NCBI GenBank assembly: GCA_020137815.1
Contig: CM035356.1
Coordinates: forward strand, 1,302,001-1,366,000
Direction: 5' to 3'
Source: Hormiphora californensis
Taxonomy: Eukaryota > Animalia > Ctenophora
DNA length: 64,000 nt
The translations under genes were made by a program, and so were the position numbers. Of this stretch, positions 1-56,537 are shown piece by piece; position 1 is the stretch's first letter, and each line of letters starts with the position of its first letter. The notes under the pieces were generated by a model that was not told the DNA's origin, did no database searches, and was given only the letters and a program-made list of their open reading frames with translations.

Positions 1-32
1 GTAATCAATAAACTAGCGCCTTCCATTTTCAG

Positions 33-385
33 GTCGAACCCAGACAAGTATTGGAGAGGAGAAGAGGTTCAATCCTCGGTTAACAAAAAGCGAGGAGGAG
101 TTCGTGTCTATCATGGATAACCTTGGTTAGAAAAAAATTGCTATTTAACTTGCTTTGGCCTTTGCTCGACCTTCTTTCACCGTGCTTTTACACATTTTGT
201 AAAGGGTTAGAACATAGAGAAACATTAAATTTACACACTAATTTAATTCTCTCTAACTAGGACTCAAGTACCCAGCCAAGATTGATGTCTCAGTTCCCTG
301 GAATCTGCGGTGTGGACCTACCGAGGCAGAGGATGCAGCAATACTGGCAGATATTGCTGCCAACAAACCTCCCAAACCACTTTAG
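33..385 (+). CDS. ETHE1: Persulfide dioxygenase ETHE1, last two exons (33-125, 261-385); 5' part lies outside the window
   Basis: Spliced translation GRTQTSIGEEKRFNPRLTKSEEEFVSIMDNL|GLKYPAKIDVSVPWNLRCG...* matches the ETHE1 C-terminus (EE..NPRL...EEFV.IM.NL.L..P..ID..VP.N.RCG). GT-AG intron in consistent phase; AATAAA at 481. Confidence 0.9.
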
Positions 386-1141
386 TACTACTACAGTGTA
401 GTATAGTGTAGTAGTAGTAGTACACCCCTCTGTTCACATTTTGCAAAACACTAAGATGCACAAAGAAGGTAGTGGAGGACAATAAAGTATGTAATTGTTG
501 TTAGCTTCTTTTACACACTTTTTTTTCTATACAACTGACAATTCTTCTTTTTTTTAGTTTCACGAGTTTAACCTAATGTTTTTGACCAAGTGTACAAAAC
601 TGTCCATTTTCTTGTCACCCCCTTCCCAGCTCCCTCACCTCTGAACATGTACGTGACGCGCGGGATCCTGAAACAGTGAAAAGTGAAGGATGTGCGCTTA
701 GCTGTGTGCGCGGCGCAGTCCACACCCCTGCTGCAGTGTTACATCACATCTCCAGGTGTGACAGTTGCAATGCAGTATCCTGTGACACTTGCACTGATCT
801 GCAGAGGCTGACACATGACAGCGAGAGGGGTGAGGGATAAGGAGGGTCATGTTTCCAATATTTGATTGTTAAATTGTGTCAGAATGTAGCATCCCTTTGA
901 AAATCAACCGAGTTTTGTTAAAGTCTCCACATACAACTGATACAATCCCCAATTAGAATTACCTACCAAGTTCCCCTTGATGTTCATCAAGTATACCTAG
1001 TTGGTATATACAGTATATCCTATTTCCTAGTTAGTATCCAGCCATGCTTCGTCCCCACTACTCCCTAACACCTCTATACCCCCTGATTCCCTATCAGTAT
1101 TCAACTCCCCTCCCATCTTGTAGCGTGTTAGAAATGTTAAG

Positions 1142-44275
<43,134 letters not shown>

Positions 44276-45594
44276 GGCTGCTGATTGTTTAGTAGATAGA
44301 GGGACTATTTGTTTATGATCTGCAGAAATCAAAAAGAGAAATCAAGAATTAAATTGCTGTGTGGTAGTGTTTTCTATTCAGATATTCAATAGCGGGAGGA
44401 GGGTTTAGATTCTTTTTATTTATCCTTTACTATTCACATTCTGTTAATAAAGTCAGCTGTTTGTTTTTTGAAAAACTTAACAATACTCTTGCCAGCACGA
44501 TATACACATGGCCCTTGTCAGCGCTACGGTCCAGATTTGTGCGCGCGGGTTTGATCTGCGCACACAACGCTACCTCCGTGTCACAGCGCGCTACAACGAA
44601 CATAACCTCTCCGACTCGATAAGGTGCCAGAGGGTGGGAAGATTGAGCCATGCAAGCAAAGTTGGTCAATATTGAGAGATTGAAAATGAGAGACAGAGAG
44701 AGAGGGCCGGTACATGCATCGACTTTATGGATTAGTGCCAATGGCAACCACCGTTCTCATTGTTGTCGCTTTCCAAAACACCCCAGACCGTGACTGTATG
44801 ATGAGAAAGGATTGGAAATTGAGATTGAATCACACGTCTCCTGATCCTCTTGACGTCAGTGTAAATAGCAAATACAATCAGTGAAGAGAGAGAGTGTGTT
44901 TTGAAAGGAGAGATAGGTCGTAGGAGCAGGTGTTTTCTTGACAGTGTCTAATCAGCTACTATTTAATGTACAGGTACTGCAGCTGGGACGTGGTTATAAG
45001 GTGGCGTTTTAGGCACATGTTATCTTTCTACTCCTGAAATGTTTGGAAGCGTGCCAAAAACGGTGGAAATGTTCGTTGAGTAAATAGCGGCTGTTTGTTC
45101 TAACCCTGGGGCGCAAAGAGGGAGAGTCGAACGAGCGGTGCACTGCCTTGTCCAACAGTACACACTACACAGCCAGCACTTCTCCAATTCCGAATATTAG
45201 CTGAGAGAACACCATCATATTGACTGGCACAACTCTCGTCCAATATTATGCACATACTGAAGAAACGATTGTGAGGATATGGGAATGAACTGTCTGAGTC
45301 TGACAGCGCCAGACCCCAATTTGAGGATATGGGAATGGGAATGGATGTTAATTGTTTCACATCATTTTGGACTGAATTCTCATATAATGTCCTCTAAAAT
45401 CCATTCTTGTTCTGTGTGTAGCAGCTTGATGTATGCAGCCCGGCATTATATTCTCTTCACATGCAGGCTCCCTGAGTAGCAATTCAGAAGGCCACTGTTT
45501 GCTGCTCCAAGAATTAAGATGGCTGTATACAGATAATATCTGGTACCTAAACACATGTTCTACATGGTATTATGTCAATAAAAGAATTCAACCC

Positions 45595-46670
45595 AATATC
45601 TAGCCCTATTTTTCTCACTCCCCTTCAAGTAGAATCTCCCTTTTTCAACCAAATATCTAGCCCTATTTTTCTCACTCCCCTTCAAGTAGAATCTCCCTTT
45701 TTCAACCAAATATCTAGCCCTATTTTTCTCACTCCCCTTCAAGTAGAATCTCCCTTTTTCAACCAAATATCTAGCCCTATTTTTCTCACTCCCCTTCAAG
45801 TAGAATCTCCCTTTTTCAACCAAATATCTAGCCCTATTTTTCTCACTCCCCTTCAAGTAGAATCTCCCTTTTTCAACCAAATATCTAGCCCTATTTTTCT
45901 CACTCCCCTTCAAGTAGAATCTCCCTTTTTCAACCAAATATCTAGCCCTATTTTTCTCACTCCCCTTCAAGTAGAATCTCCCTTTTTCAACCAAATATCT
46001 AGCCCTATTTTTCTCACTCCCCTTCAAGTAGAATCTCCCTTTTTCAACCAAATATCTAGCCCTATTTTTCTCACTCCCCTTCAAGTAGAATCTCCCTTTT
46101 TCAACCAAATATCTAGCCCTATTTTTCTCACTCCCCTTCAAGTAGAATCTCCCTTTTTCAACCAAATATCTAGCCCTATTTTTCTCACTCCCCTTCAAGT
46201 AGAATCTCCCTTTTTCAACCAAATATCTAGCCCTATTTTTCTCACTCCCCTTCAAGTAGAATCTCCCTTTTTCAACCAAATATCTAGCCCTATTTTTCTC
46301 ACTCCCCTTCAAGTAGAATCTCCCTTTTTCAACCAAATATCTAGCCCTATTTTTCTCACTCCCCTTCAAGTAGAATCTCCCTTTTTCAACCAAATATCTA
46401 GCCCTATTTTTCTCACTCCCCTTCAAGTAGAATCTCCCTTTTTCAACCAAATATCTAGCCCTATTTTTCTCACTCCCCTTCAAGTAGAATCTCCCTTTTT
46501 CAACCAAATATCTAGCCCTATTTTTCTCACTCCCCTTCAAGTAGAATCTCCCTTTTTCAACCAAATATCTAGCCCTATTTTTCTCACTCCCCTTCAAGTA
46601 GAATCTCCCTTTTTCAACCAAATATCTAGCCCTATTTTTCTCACTCCCCTTCAAGTAGAATCTCCCTTTT
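45595..46670. repeat. 51-bp satellite array 1 (about 21 identical units)
   Basis: Unit aatatctagccctatttttctcactccccttcaagtagaatctccctttttcaacc-type; 17-aa periodic ORFs on both strands. Confidence 0.95.
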
Positions 46671-46947
46671 TCTCTCCTTCTCTCAAAGAGAGAGGAGAAC
46701 ACAGAAACTATTTAATCTCGACCTATATTTCCCCTCATAATTCCTCCCTTTCTCTCTCCCTGCATGCAAGAGAGATCGCGTGATCAGCAACGCAACTGAT
46801 TAATTTCCAACATCCAGTTCCTACCTCAGTAGCAATTCAGAAGGCCACTGTTTGCTGCTCCAAGAATTAAGATGGCTGTATACAGATAATATCTGGTACC
46901 TAAACACATGTTCTACATGGTATTATGTCAATAAAAGAATTCAACCC

Positions 46948-48273
46948 AATATCTAGCCCTATTTTTCTCACTCCCCTTCAAGTAGAATCTCCCTTTTTCA
47001 ACCAAATATCTAGCCCTATTTTTCTCACTCCCCTTCAAGTAGAATCTCCCTTTTTCAACCAAATATCTAGCCCTATTTTTCTCACTCCCCTTCAAGTAGA
47101 ATCTCCCTTTTTCAACCAAATATCTAGCCCTATTTTTCTCACTCCCCTTCAAGTAGAATCTCCCTTTTTCAACCAAATATCTAGCCCTATTTTTCTCACT
47201 CCCCTTCAAGTAGAATCTCCCTTTTTCAACCAAATATCTAGCCCTATTTTTCTCACTCCCCTTCAAGTAGAATCTCCCTTTTTCAACCAAATATCTAGCC
47301 CTATTTTTCTCACTCCCCTTCAAGTAGAATCTCCCTTTTTCAACCAAATATCTAGCCCTATTTTTCTCACTCCCCTTCAAGTAGAATCTCCCTTTTTCAA
47401 CCAAATATCTAGCCCTATTTTTCTCACTCCCCTTCAAGTAGAATCTCCCTTTTTCAACCAAATATCTAGCCCTATTTTTCTCACTCCCCTTCAAGTAGAA
47501 TCTCCCTTTTTCAACCAAATATCTAGCCCTATTTTTCTCACTCCCCTTCAAGTAGAATCTCCCTTTTTCAACCAAATATCTAGCCCTATTTTTCTCACTC
47601 CCCTTCAAGTAGAATCTCCCTTTTTCAACCAAATATCTAGCCCTATTTTTCTCACTCCCCTTCAAGTAGAATCTCCCTTTTTCAACCAAATATCTAGCCC
47701 TATTTTTCTCACTCCCCTTCAAGTAGAATCTCCCTTTTTCAACCAAATATCTAGCCCTATTTTTCTCACTCCCCTTCAAGTAGAATCTCCCTTTTTCAAC
47801 CAAATATCTAGCCCTATTTTTCTCACTCCCCTTCAAGTAGAATCTCCCTTTTTCAACCAAATATCTAGCCCTATTTTTCTCACTCCCCTTCAAGTAGAAT
47901 CTCCCTTTTTCAACCAAATATCTAGCCCTATTTTTCTCACTCCCCTTCAAGTAGAATCTCCCTTTTTCAACCAAATATCTAGCCCTATTTTTCTCACTCC
48001 CCTTCAAGTAGAATCTCCCTTTTTCAACCAAATATCTAGCCCTATTTTTCTCACTCCCCTTCAAGTAGAATCTCCCTTTTTCAACCAAATATCTAGCCCT
48101 ATTTTTCTCACTCCCCTTCAAGTAGAATCTCCCTTTTTCAACCAAATATCTAGCCCTATTTTTCTCACTCCCCTTCAAGTAGAATCTCCCTTTTTCAACC
48201 AAATATCTAGCCCTATTTTTCTCACTCCCCTTCAAGTAGAATCTCCCTTTTTCAACCAAATATCTAGCCCTAT
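46948..48273. repeat. 51-bp satellite array 2 (about 26 identical units), preceded by the same 120-bp flank as array 1
   Basis: 45475-45594 is repeated at 46828-46947 (offset 1353). Confidence 0.95.
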
Positions 48274-48999
48274 TAGCCTCCACCCACCCCGAACCACCCC
48301 ACCCGCCACCAATATATACATACTAAACAAAACTGTGGACTGAGAACAAATCCTTGCTAGTTTAGCCTTCTAACCTAATTGAACCTAATCAGACAGATAG
48401 GTCTCACATATCCCGTATCAAAGATTAATTGAAAACGAAGACGAAACTGTGGTTCAAGATCAAAGTATAAACGTTCCTGGTAAAAATAACCACACAGGAC
48501 TAGAACAACCCCGAGAAGAGCCCCACTCCAAATCTCCCGTTATATTGTGAACCTGCCAGATGGTAGTTCCATGCGAGGGGAGAGGGCGGGGGGACTCTTC
48601 TCCAGTGCCGGCGATATCGCTTTGCGATAGTCCCTGTGGGCTTGCCGTAGGCAAGCCCAGGCACTCAGAGTAGTAGTAGTAGTAGTATGCAGGCTCCCTG
48701 TGAGACTAACTTCTAGCAGGAAAGCGAAAACAAACACACTGACACACAGGGTGTCATGTAATTTGATTGCCGCATATTGTCATTTCGCACTATGGCCCTG
48801 AACAAATCTGTTCATTCTATCCACTCATTCTGAGCCCCCCCCCCTCCGTGTGGAAAATATAACCCGAGTGATCTAAGTGGAAGATTGAGGTTATGTACAC
48901 ATGCGTAGTGTTGCTGAGAGAGAGAGGGAGGGAGAGAGAGAGAGGGAGGGAGAGAGATAGAGAGAGAGAGAGAGAGAGATAGAGAGGGAGGGAGAGAGA

Positions 49000-49043
<44 letters not shown>

Positions 49044-50959
49044 ATTGCTTACACAGATTTGGCAGACATTTTACACATGTCTCTCCCGTAACAGACATCT
49101 TCTAAGCACATACACCGACACGTCCTGCAAAAACACCTACTACTATACACAACACCTACTACTAGCTATTGTATACACAACGTGATTTATATTGGATTGA
49201 AACTTTAAATTCCAAACGTAGTACAACGTAGAAACTGTATTTTTACAATCCACTACAGTAGTATTAGCACTATCCACTGCAGTAGTAACACTCTTCTACT
49301 TTATTACATTGTCTACTCCACTGCAGTACGGCAGTGTTTTGGGTCCAGTGTTTTACAACGGCACCATGGTAACCACATTGTCTCACACTAACCCCCTTCC
49401 TCTACCAGATCATGTATGTGTTTGCTCCTGCAGTGTCCCAAAGAAAGAAATGATGTGATTCGCATGTTTATATTATTATTCACAGCGTGGATTTTACTGT
49501 GTGTCATTGTCCCTGTATGCAGCAGAAATATCATTAATATGTACACGGCGGCTATTACACGAGATAGAAAAAGAAGAATAATGAAAAAAACGATAGATCA
49601 AGAGGGTATGAAATAAAAGCTTGCAGTTTGCATTTCCCGCCCTAATCCCAATTCCCGCTGACCGACGTGGTCTTGATATCATGGTTTATCAGAAAGTCTC
49701 TTGTTTTTTGTTCAAGGATGAGGAATCGTTTGACTTCAGTTACATCAATTGAACCACCTGAAACAGCTGCAGTATGGACTATAGAACATCTGATGATAAT
49801 TACTCTCATGGTCAAGTTAAAGTATGATTTATTTGAATTGAATAATATTTACAAAGTCATGTCATGTCAAAGTCGTGTCATGTCATCACAACAAGAGATG
49901 ATGTTTTGTGAAGGTGACCTAATTGATGAACCCCCCGCTAGCCGCTTTTCATCTGTGTTCCTCTGTGTGTGTGTTCCCCCTTAAGTTGGCTTACACATTT
50001 GACAGTGTGTCGGTGTGTCAGTTTGTCTGTTGGGATGTTTGACCAAACAAACAAACAAGAAGAAATCAGAGAGAATAACGGGTTCTTTCCATTTCTGTAT
50101 TTGCCGTAGGGAGCCTCCGAGGACAGAGTTCAATAAACATTTAACTCCCCGACATTAGTTCCCATGTAATGATACGTCGCAATATTCAGTGTACAGTATG
50201 CCAACCAAGAGTAATAGCGGTGTAATGGTGTGTACTGTGTAGCTGTGTTAACTTAATGTTAACTTAATAGCGGTATATTTGTGTGTCTGTTCGCACTGTG
50301 TACGTGTTTTTCATCTTTATCTGTGAAACCCGATCTGCTTATCTTACATCTCCTGCTTGTGTATTATACGACCCCCAGAGAAAGAAGGGGGCAAAGGAAG
50401 TTAGAAGGGGTGCAAGGAGAGGGGGCTGCTGAAATTGGCAGGGAATAAATAACAGATACTTCTACAGAAGACAGAAGATACGTATAGGTTTACAAGAATA
50501 GAATTTCCACATTGTTTGAGATATTGCTTGAAAAGAAAAGAGACGAAGAAGAAATGAGCAATTTTTCTTTTGTCGTACATTGTATTTCTTATTGGAGATA
50601 GAGAGCACAAAACACTCAGATTTCCTGCAATTTGACCAAATCAAATAGAAAACAACATTTTAAATTAAGACAATCCTTAACTTCCCTCAATATAAGGCAA
50701 TTATAAAAGTTAGCATTTTATTTTCACATAAACACATTAAGATAAACTTGACAAGTTTTTTACTAAAATGACGTCACGAATCACAAAAGTTAGAGTCTGA
50801 TCTCACAACAAACATGGTAGGAAATCCAGTCCATAATTTCTCAAAATCTGAATACAAACACACAATCATTCTCTCTCTGTCTCTCGAGAGTTTTGGTAAT
50901 ACACCCAATCTCCATTCTCCACACTTCAGTCTTCATTCTCTCTCTGATCTCTCTCTCTC

Positions 50960-53900
50960 TCACCTCATGTAGAAGCTCCCTCCCTGAAATTTACTGGAAC
51001 TATACCGGCTCTGCTCACTGCTCAAACTGTCACTGTCACTAACCAGAGGATCATCAGTGAAGCACCAAACCTCAACCGCCAGGATATCAAACGATTCCTT
51101 GGAGCTCAGAACTTCATTATAAAATGTAAGAGAGCGATTGGATGTGCCCTTTTGTAGCATCTCATCTAGATAGAGAGCAAAGTTACCATCCCCCGCTCCA
51201 ATGGTGAAATAATCACTGCGCCCCATCATGAAGTAGTGATTGCTCCCCTGCCAGAAGAAACACTTCAGATCGGGAGAATGCCGGAAGAGGAAGGTTTCCC
51301 CAGAACCGTAGTATTTGGGAGATTCAACTATACCCTGGGAGAGATATGCACCAAACACATACCCACCACTGTCCTTTACCACCAGCAGACAGGGTGTCTC
51401 AGGATAGTTGCCACAGTTGGTGTACAGGGACCTCAGGGACATGCCATGGAGAGAGAGGGAGTACACGAGGTGGATGTCAATACCAATAATGTGGCATGGT
51501 AGGTAGGGCTGGAGATCACCCATCATGGCCTCAGTCAACAGTGTCACTTTGTCTGGTGGGGAGACTAATGACCCTGAGAAAGGCTCCGATACCAGGCCAG
51601 TATCAACCTCTCTTGGTACAAAGGTAGCCTCCTTCTCAGGATGAATGACGTCATTGAGACGTGTGTGGTAGTCAGGGGCACATCTCAGTAGACAGTTCGA
51701 ACTATCATCAACTGGACTGAGGTGAGGGCAATGATTGAAGAAGTTGTCCATTACAGTAACGATATCTTTCTCTCTAACACACACCCAGAAATAGGCCAAC
51801 TTGTACCCCTCCTCTGTCTCGTACTGGTAGGACGGCTTCCCGTGTGTCCTGCCACATATAATGGCATGTATTGACACAAACACATTACACCCATCAATGT
51901 CAGCATTGTGCAACACACTCTGCATTTGGCTAGTGTTCTCGTCTATTTTTTTAAAGAATTCCTGTGTAGCTAGAGAGGTGTCAGACTCAACCCTCCTCAT
52001 CCCCAGTGGGTCCACTATAGCTGAGTTGAAACTGGGGATTATGAGGCTCTCGTCGACTACAGTAAAGGGGTTAACCCTCCTCTTAGCTGTCTGGTATCCC
52101 TGGAACTCATGCTCACAACTGAGTTGGGGTGAGTAGGTGGAGGGTGTCTCCCCGAGTGGTAGTACCTCTGCACTGTCCCTCCTAGCGGATATCATCTCGG
52201 ATAACACACTGTTACCATCAGAGGGAGTGATTGAACCTGCAAAGGCGTTGTCGAAATCAGACATCCCCGGTGCAACAATCTTGACAGTCGGGTAGGTCGT
52301 TATTTCGGGAACCGTCTCCTCTTCCTTCATAACAACTTCGTCATCATGATCCGATCCTGTGTTACCATTCACTAATTTCTGCTTTATGTCACTGCACATT
52401 GAACACCCGTCTAACTTTGTCGTAGCTTGGATGTTCTCGAGTAGTTGATCGAACGATTCGAACATGAGAACTCCAGATATGGAATCCAGAGGTATACTGA
52501 CGTTGTAACTACTCTGCCCATTCCTTATCACCAGTTTATCGGACACGTTGGCTCTAAAGATGAAAGCGTTGGATGTAAGAAGGGTTGTACCCCCCACAGA
52601 GCCATCAAATCTTGTGATCCGCCTCATTTCATACTTGTTAAACCGCTTCTTGGAGGACGACTTGGTAGTACTGGTGGTGGTGGTTGAGGTGGTCAAGACA
52701 GGGAGAAGGTCCGCTTGTACCTCCCTAGCCTCCTCGATGGGAATAGTTAGTATCTGACCCGGGAAGATAACTTCAGATATCAGTCCGTTGTGTTGCTTTA
52801 CCACCGCAGGGGAGAGGTTAAACTTGAGTGCTATTGAGTTCAGTGAGTCATTATCAGCCACCTTGTACACAACCTTCTTCTCATCAGATTGAGGTGTTTG
52901 AGGAGGTTTGGGTGTTGTAGGTGGGTCCTCGTTAGGGGGCCGGTAGAGGGGAGCAGTGTTGGATTGGAAGAACTCATCCAGGAAGGAATAACTCTTGTCC
53001 TTGTTGAGGGGGGTGAGGTTGATAACACGAGATGGTTCCCGGAAACTTTTACTCCTCGGCCGTGTCTCTATATCCTCATCTGGCTCTTCCACTTCTCCCC
53101 CCTCTTCCTCCCCTCCCTCCTCTTCCATTCTGATCTCATCATCCCGCTCATCCTCTCCATCATCCTCACTCTCTACATCTGTATAGGAGGGGGTCGCTAG
53201 ACTGACTGGTGTCGCTGTTCCGTAGTCAAACACGGGAAATGAATCGATTTTTCGGAGTTCGTTCTGGGGAGGGATACTTAGTGTTAGTTTTGGAATAATT
53301 TCTATAAGATCATGGGTTATGAGATGAGTCATTATGTAAACATAATGTAAAACAATAACAAACGCCACACGCTCTGCTGTTCTCCTCTACCGTAGCATTG
53401 CATTGTAAGAATATAAAGGAAACAAAGATAGAGAAAGAGAGAGACATGCAGACAAGCAGACACACCAATCTCAAATGCTTTCTGTGACAGATATCTCTGA
53501 TTTTCTGAAGTAAAAGTTCTCTCTCTTTTAATCTCTGTTCTTTCTGAAGCTGATCGTCTCTGATCTGATTAGCATTGCTCGGGCCTGGCCTTTCTTCGCT
53601 GTTCTAAAACAAGAGAATAAAGAAGAGACACAAACACTCAGACTCACATTTTCTGCTCGAATTAGGGAAGTGCTCCTATAACCATGAGTTACAATTAATT
53701 CAATACATCCAAATAAGGGCTTTCTTTGAATTACTAAATCTGTATGGGCTATCATTCCCATTAAAACACATTAAGGGTACACCTGGCGTTTTTCAACATC
53801 GAGTGCCCAACCAAATGACTTCACCAGGGTTTAGGCCATACAAAATGGACCTCAAATATGCAATTTTAGCCCTAAATTCGAATTCATATTTTTGCTACAG

Positions 53901-55203
53901 CCTATTTTCAAAGTAGCGTATTTTCAATTTTTGTTGGAATTTTTAACCTCAGGACCACTTTTTTTGAGATAGAAACATTAAATTCTTGGAATTTGAAGAG
54001 AATATAAAGGTAAATAAGCCCAAAGAAGGATTTTTGAAATGGAGCTTATTTCTGGCCATGAGAACGGTTTACTTTTTTGCGTCTTTGACACGCTGGTTGA
54101 GAATGTTCCCATGCTTCATTAGAGATGAAAATCTGGAAATAGTTGCTCAAAACGATTATCTATGTGGCCCAAAAAATTTGGAACTTTCCCGCGAAAGATG
54201 TGGTGTACAGAGCTTGTTTTGTGAAACCCGTCTTTTTGAAAAAGAGGGAAATTCCCTGTATCTCAAAAACGGACGATCGTAGAAACCTGGGACTAAGCTT
54301 AATCGATTCAGAAGGTCCGATTTTGGGGGGGTCTTCTGAGAGACATTTTGCTCCTACTCCAACTGTTTTTGCTGTAATTGCAAAAAACCAATTCTATGAA
54401 AAGGGGGAACGACTCTATTCCAGTGGCCTGCTTCGGGCTGATTTCCCCCTTACTTGCTGATACCTTTTTCGCAATTACAGCAAAAACGGTTGGAGTAGGA
54501 GCAAAATGTCTCTGAGACGACCCCCCCAAAATTGGACCTTCTGAATCGATTAAGCTTGGTCGCAGGTCTCTACGATCATCCGTTTTTGAGATACAGGGAA
54601 TTTCCCTCTTTTTCAAAAAGACGGGTTTCACAAAACAAGCTCTGTACACCACATCTTTGGCGGGAAAGTTTTTTGGGCCACATAGATAATCGTTTTGAGC
54701 AACTATTTCCAGATTTTCATCTCTAATGAAGCATGGGAACATTCTCACCCAGCGTGTCAAAGACGCAAAAAAGTAAACCGTTCTCATGGCCAGAAATAAG
54801 CTCCATTTCAAAAATCCTTCTTTGGGCTTATTTACCTTTATATTCTCTTCAAATTCCAAGAATTTAATGTTTCTATCTCAAAAAAAGTGGTCCTGAGGTT
54901 AAAAATTCCAACAAAAATTGAAAAAACGCTACTTTGAAAATAGGCTGTAGCAAAAATATGAATTCGAATTTAGGGCTAAAATTGCATATTTGAGGTCCAT
55001 TTTGTATGGCCTAAACCCTGGTGAAGTCATTTGGTTCGGCACTCGATGTTGAAAAACGCCAGGTGTACCCTTAAAACGCAATGAACATGCTGTATGGTAC
55101 TTGCCTCATACTCGGAGACGTCAAGGTTGAGGAGGTATGTTTTAATGGAGTCAAAGAGAGATGAAGGAAGTAGCGAGCTAGCTGTTGGTAGTCGTTCCGT
55201 CAT
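50960..55203 (-). CDS. OXR1/NCOA7-like LysM-GRAM-TLDc protein; large exon 53263-50960, probable first coding exon 55203-55105
   Basis: LysM (YKVADNDSLNSIALKFNL..N.L..IFPGQILTIP), GRAM-like (GSVGGTTLLTSNAFIF), TLDc (LVYSLSLHGMSLRSLY..FGAY..YYGSGETFLF..F.I..VEVW). Acceptor ccccag at 53264. The upstream exon needs a GC donor and is less certain. Confidence 0.9.
53775..55070. mobile_element. 1.3-kb palindromic non-autonomous DNA transposon with TTAA TSD (Kolobok-like GG..CC termini)
   Basis: TTAA|GGGTACACCTGGCG...CGCCAGGTGTACCC|TTAA; arms of about 610 bp, nearly identical, spacer about 70 bp. Confidence 0.88.
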
Positions 55204-55825
55204 TGATCATAGTTACATTATAGCTGGAACGGAATGGTGAACTGGATGATTACATCACAAACATTAATTTCAAAATCCGCTAGGTTTGATAATAGCAAAT
55301 CTTTCTAGGCAATCTTAAATTGGTGCAGTGCCATGCCATGGGGGCACCGGGCATGGTCAATATTTTATATTTGTCAACTTGGGATTCAGTTTTTAAATTA
55401 CTTGAATATAAAATCTTACAGCTTGTCTACTGAAATTTAGAAAGTTTTACAGAAAGGTTTACAGAGATCATCCTGGTGGCGGGGCGGCCGGCGGGGGCCC
55501 GACAAAAATCAAAATTTTGATATTCAGGTAAAAAGGCAAGGTCTTGAACGCTTATTGGCCAAAATATCGTTCCCCCAGCCTAATCTCAGGGGCGGGCGAG
55601 CCTCCTACACGAGGTTCCTCGGTCCTCCATCCCAAGTTTACTAAATCACGAAGAAAGGAAGTTTGAAAAAATCAGCAGCCAGGAATTTAAATTTTAACTT
55701 TTTTAAATTTAAAATCGCTACGCCGCGCGCGAAAAGAATTTTTTCGCGCGCGTCAATCTGCAGCGAAATATAATACTTATCGCGCGTTTCACAAAAACAC
55801 AGAAATGGACAGACAGACCAATGAT

Positions 55826-56022
<197 letters not shown>

Positions 56023-56537
56023 ACTTCCACTGTCCCAGTTGTAGTTGTACCACGACCAATTGCAATTGAGCCGTTTTTGAGGAAGCTGGAAATTGAGATC
56101 TACTAGTATTTCTAGTTTGTTCTCTGCTCGTCCCGCGGACATGTTTGACACATGCATCCACGGATTTACACACCGGACGTTGTTTGTTTTCTTAGTTCAA
56201 TACACTGCACATTCGGTTAGTCGACAGCAATGTGGTGCAATAAGCACACACACCTCATACTCTGCACTTGATCAGTGGCGATAGTTGTTTGAATTGTAGG
56301 TGTGAATTTGACGTCAATGACAATCCATGATTTCTCGACTAGATATCCGTATAGTATTGACTTTATTATTTTAATTTAGGCATTGACTGACATTGCAATT
56401 GTGTTGGTGGTTGGTCTCATTGAGAGTCTCACTCTTTAGTTTAACTCTCCCATTCCATACTCGGGGTTTTGATAATAATATGTATGTAGTTAGTATAACC
56501 TGTCCCTGGCCCCAGAAAGAGTTACCAGAACTAAAAC

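Noticed and set aside
45572-48343. CRISPR-like leader plus array, or repetitive proteins
   Set aside because: No unique spacers and no cas genes; the ORFs follow from a stop-free 51-bp unit.
48460-48737. Short minus-strand ORFs sharing a 14-mer (atgcaggctccctg) with 45461
   Set aside because: No recognisable domain or consistent exon chain.
53986-54859. Mirror-image ORFs in the palindromic element
   Set aside because: They arise from the inverted arms; no transposase motifs.
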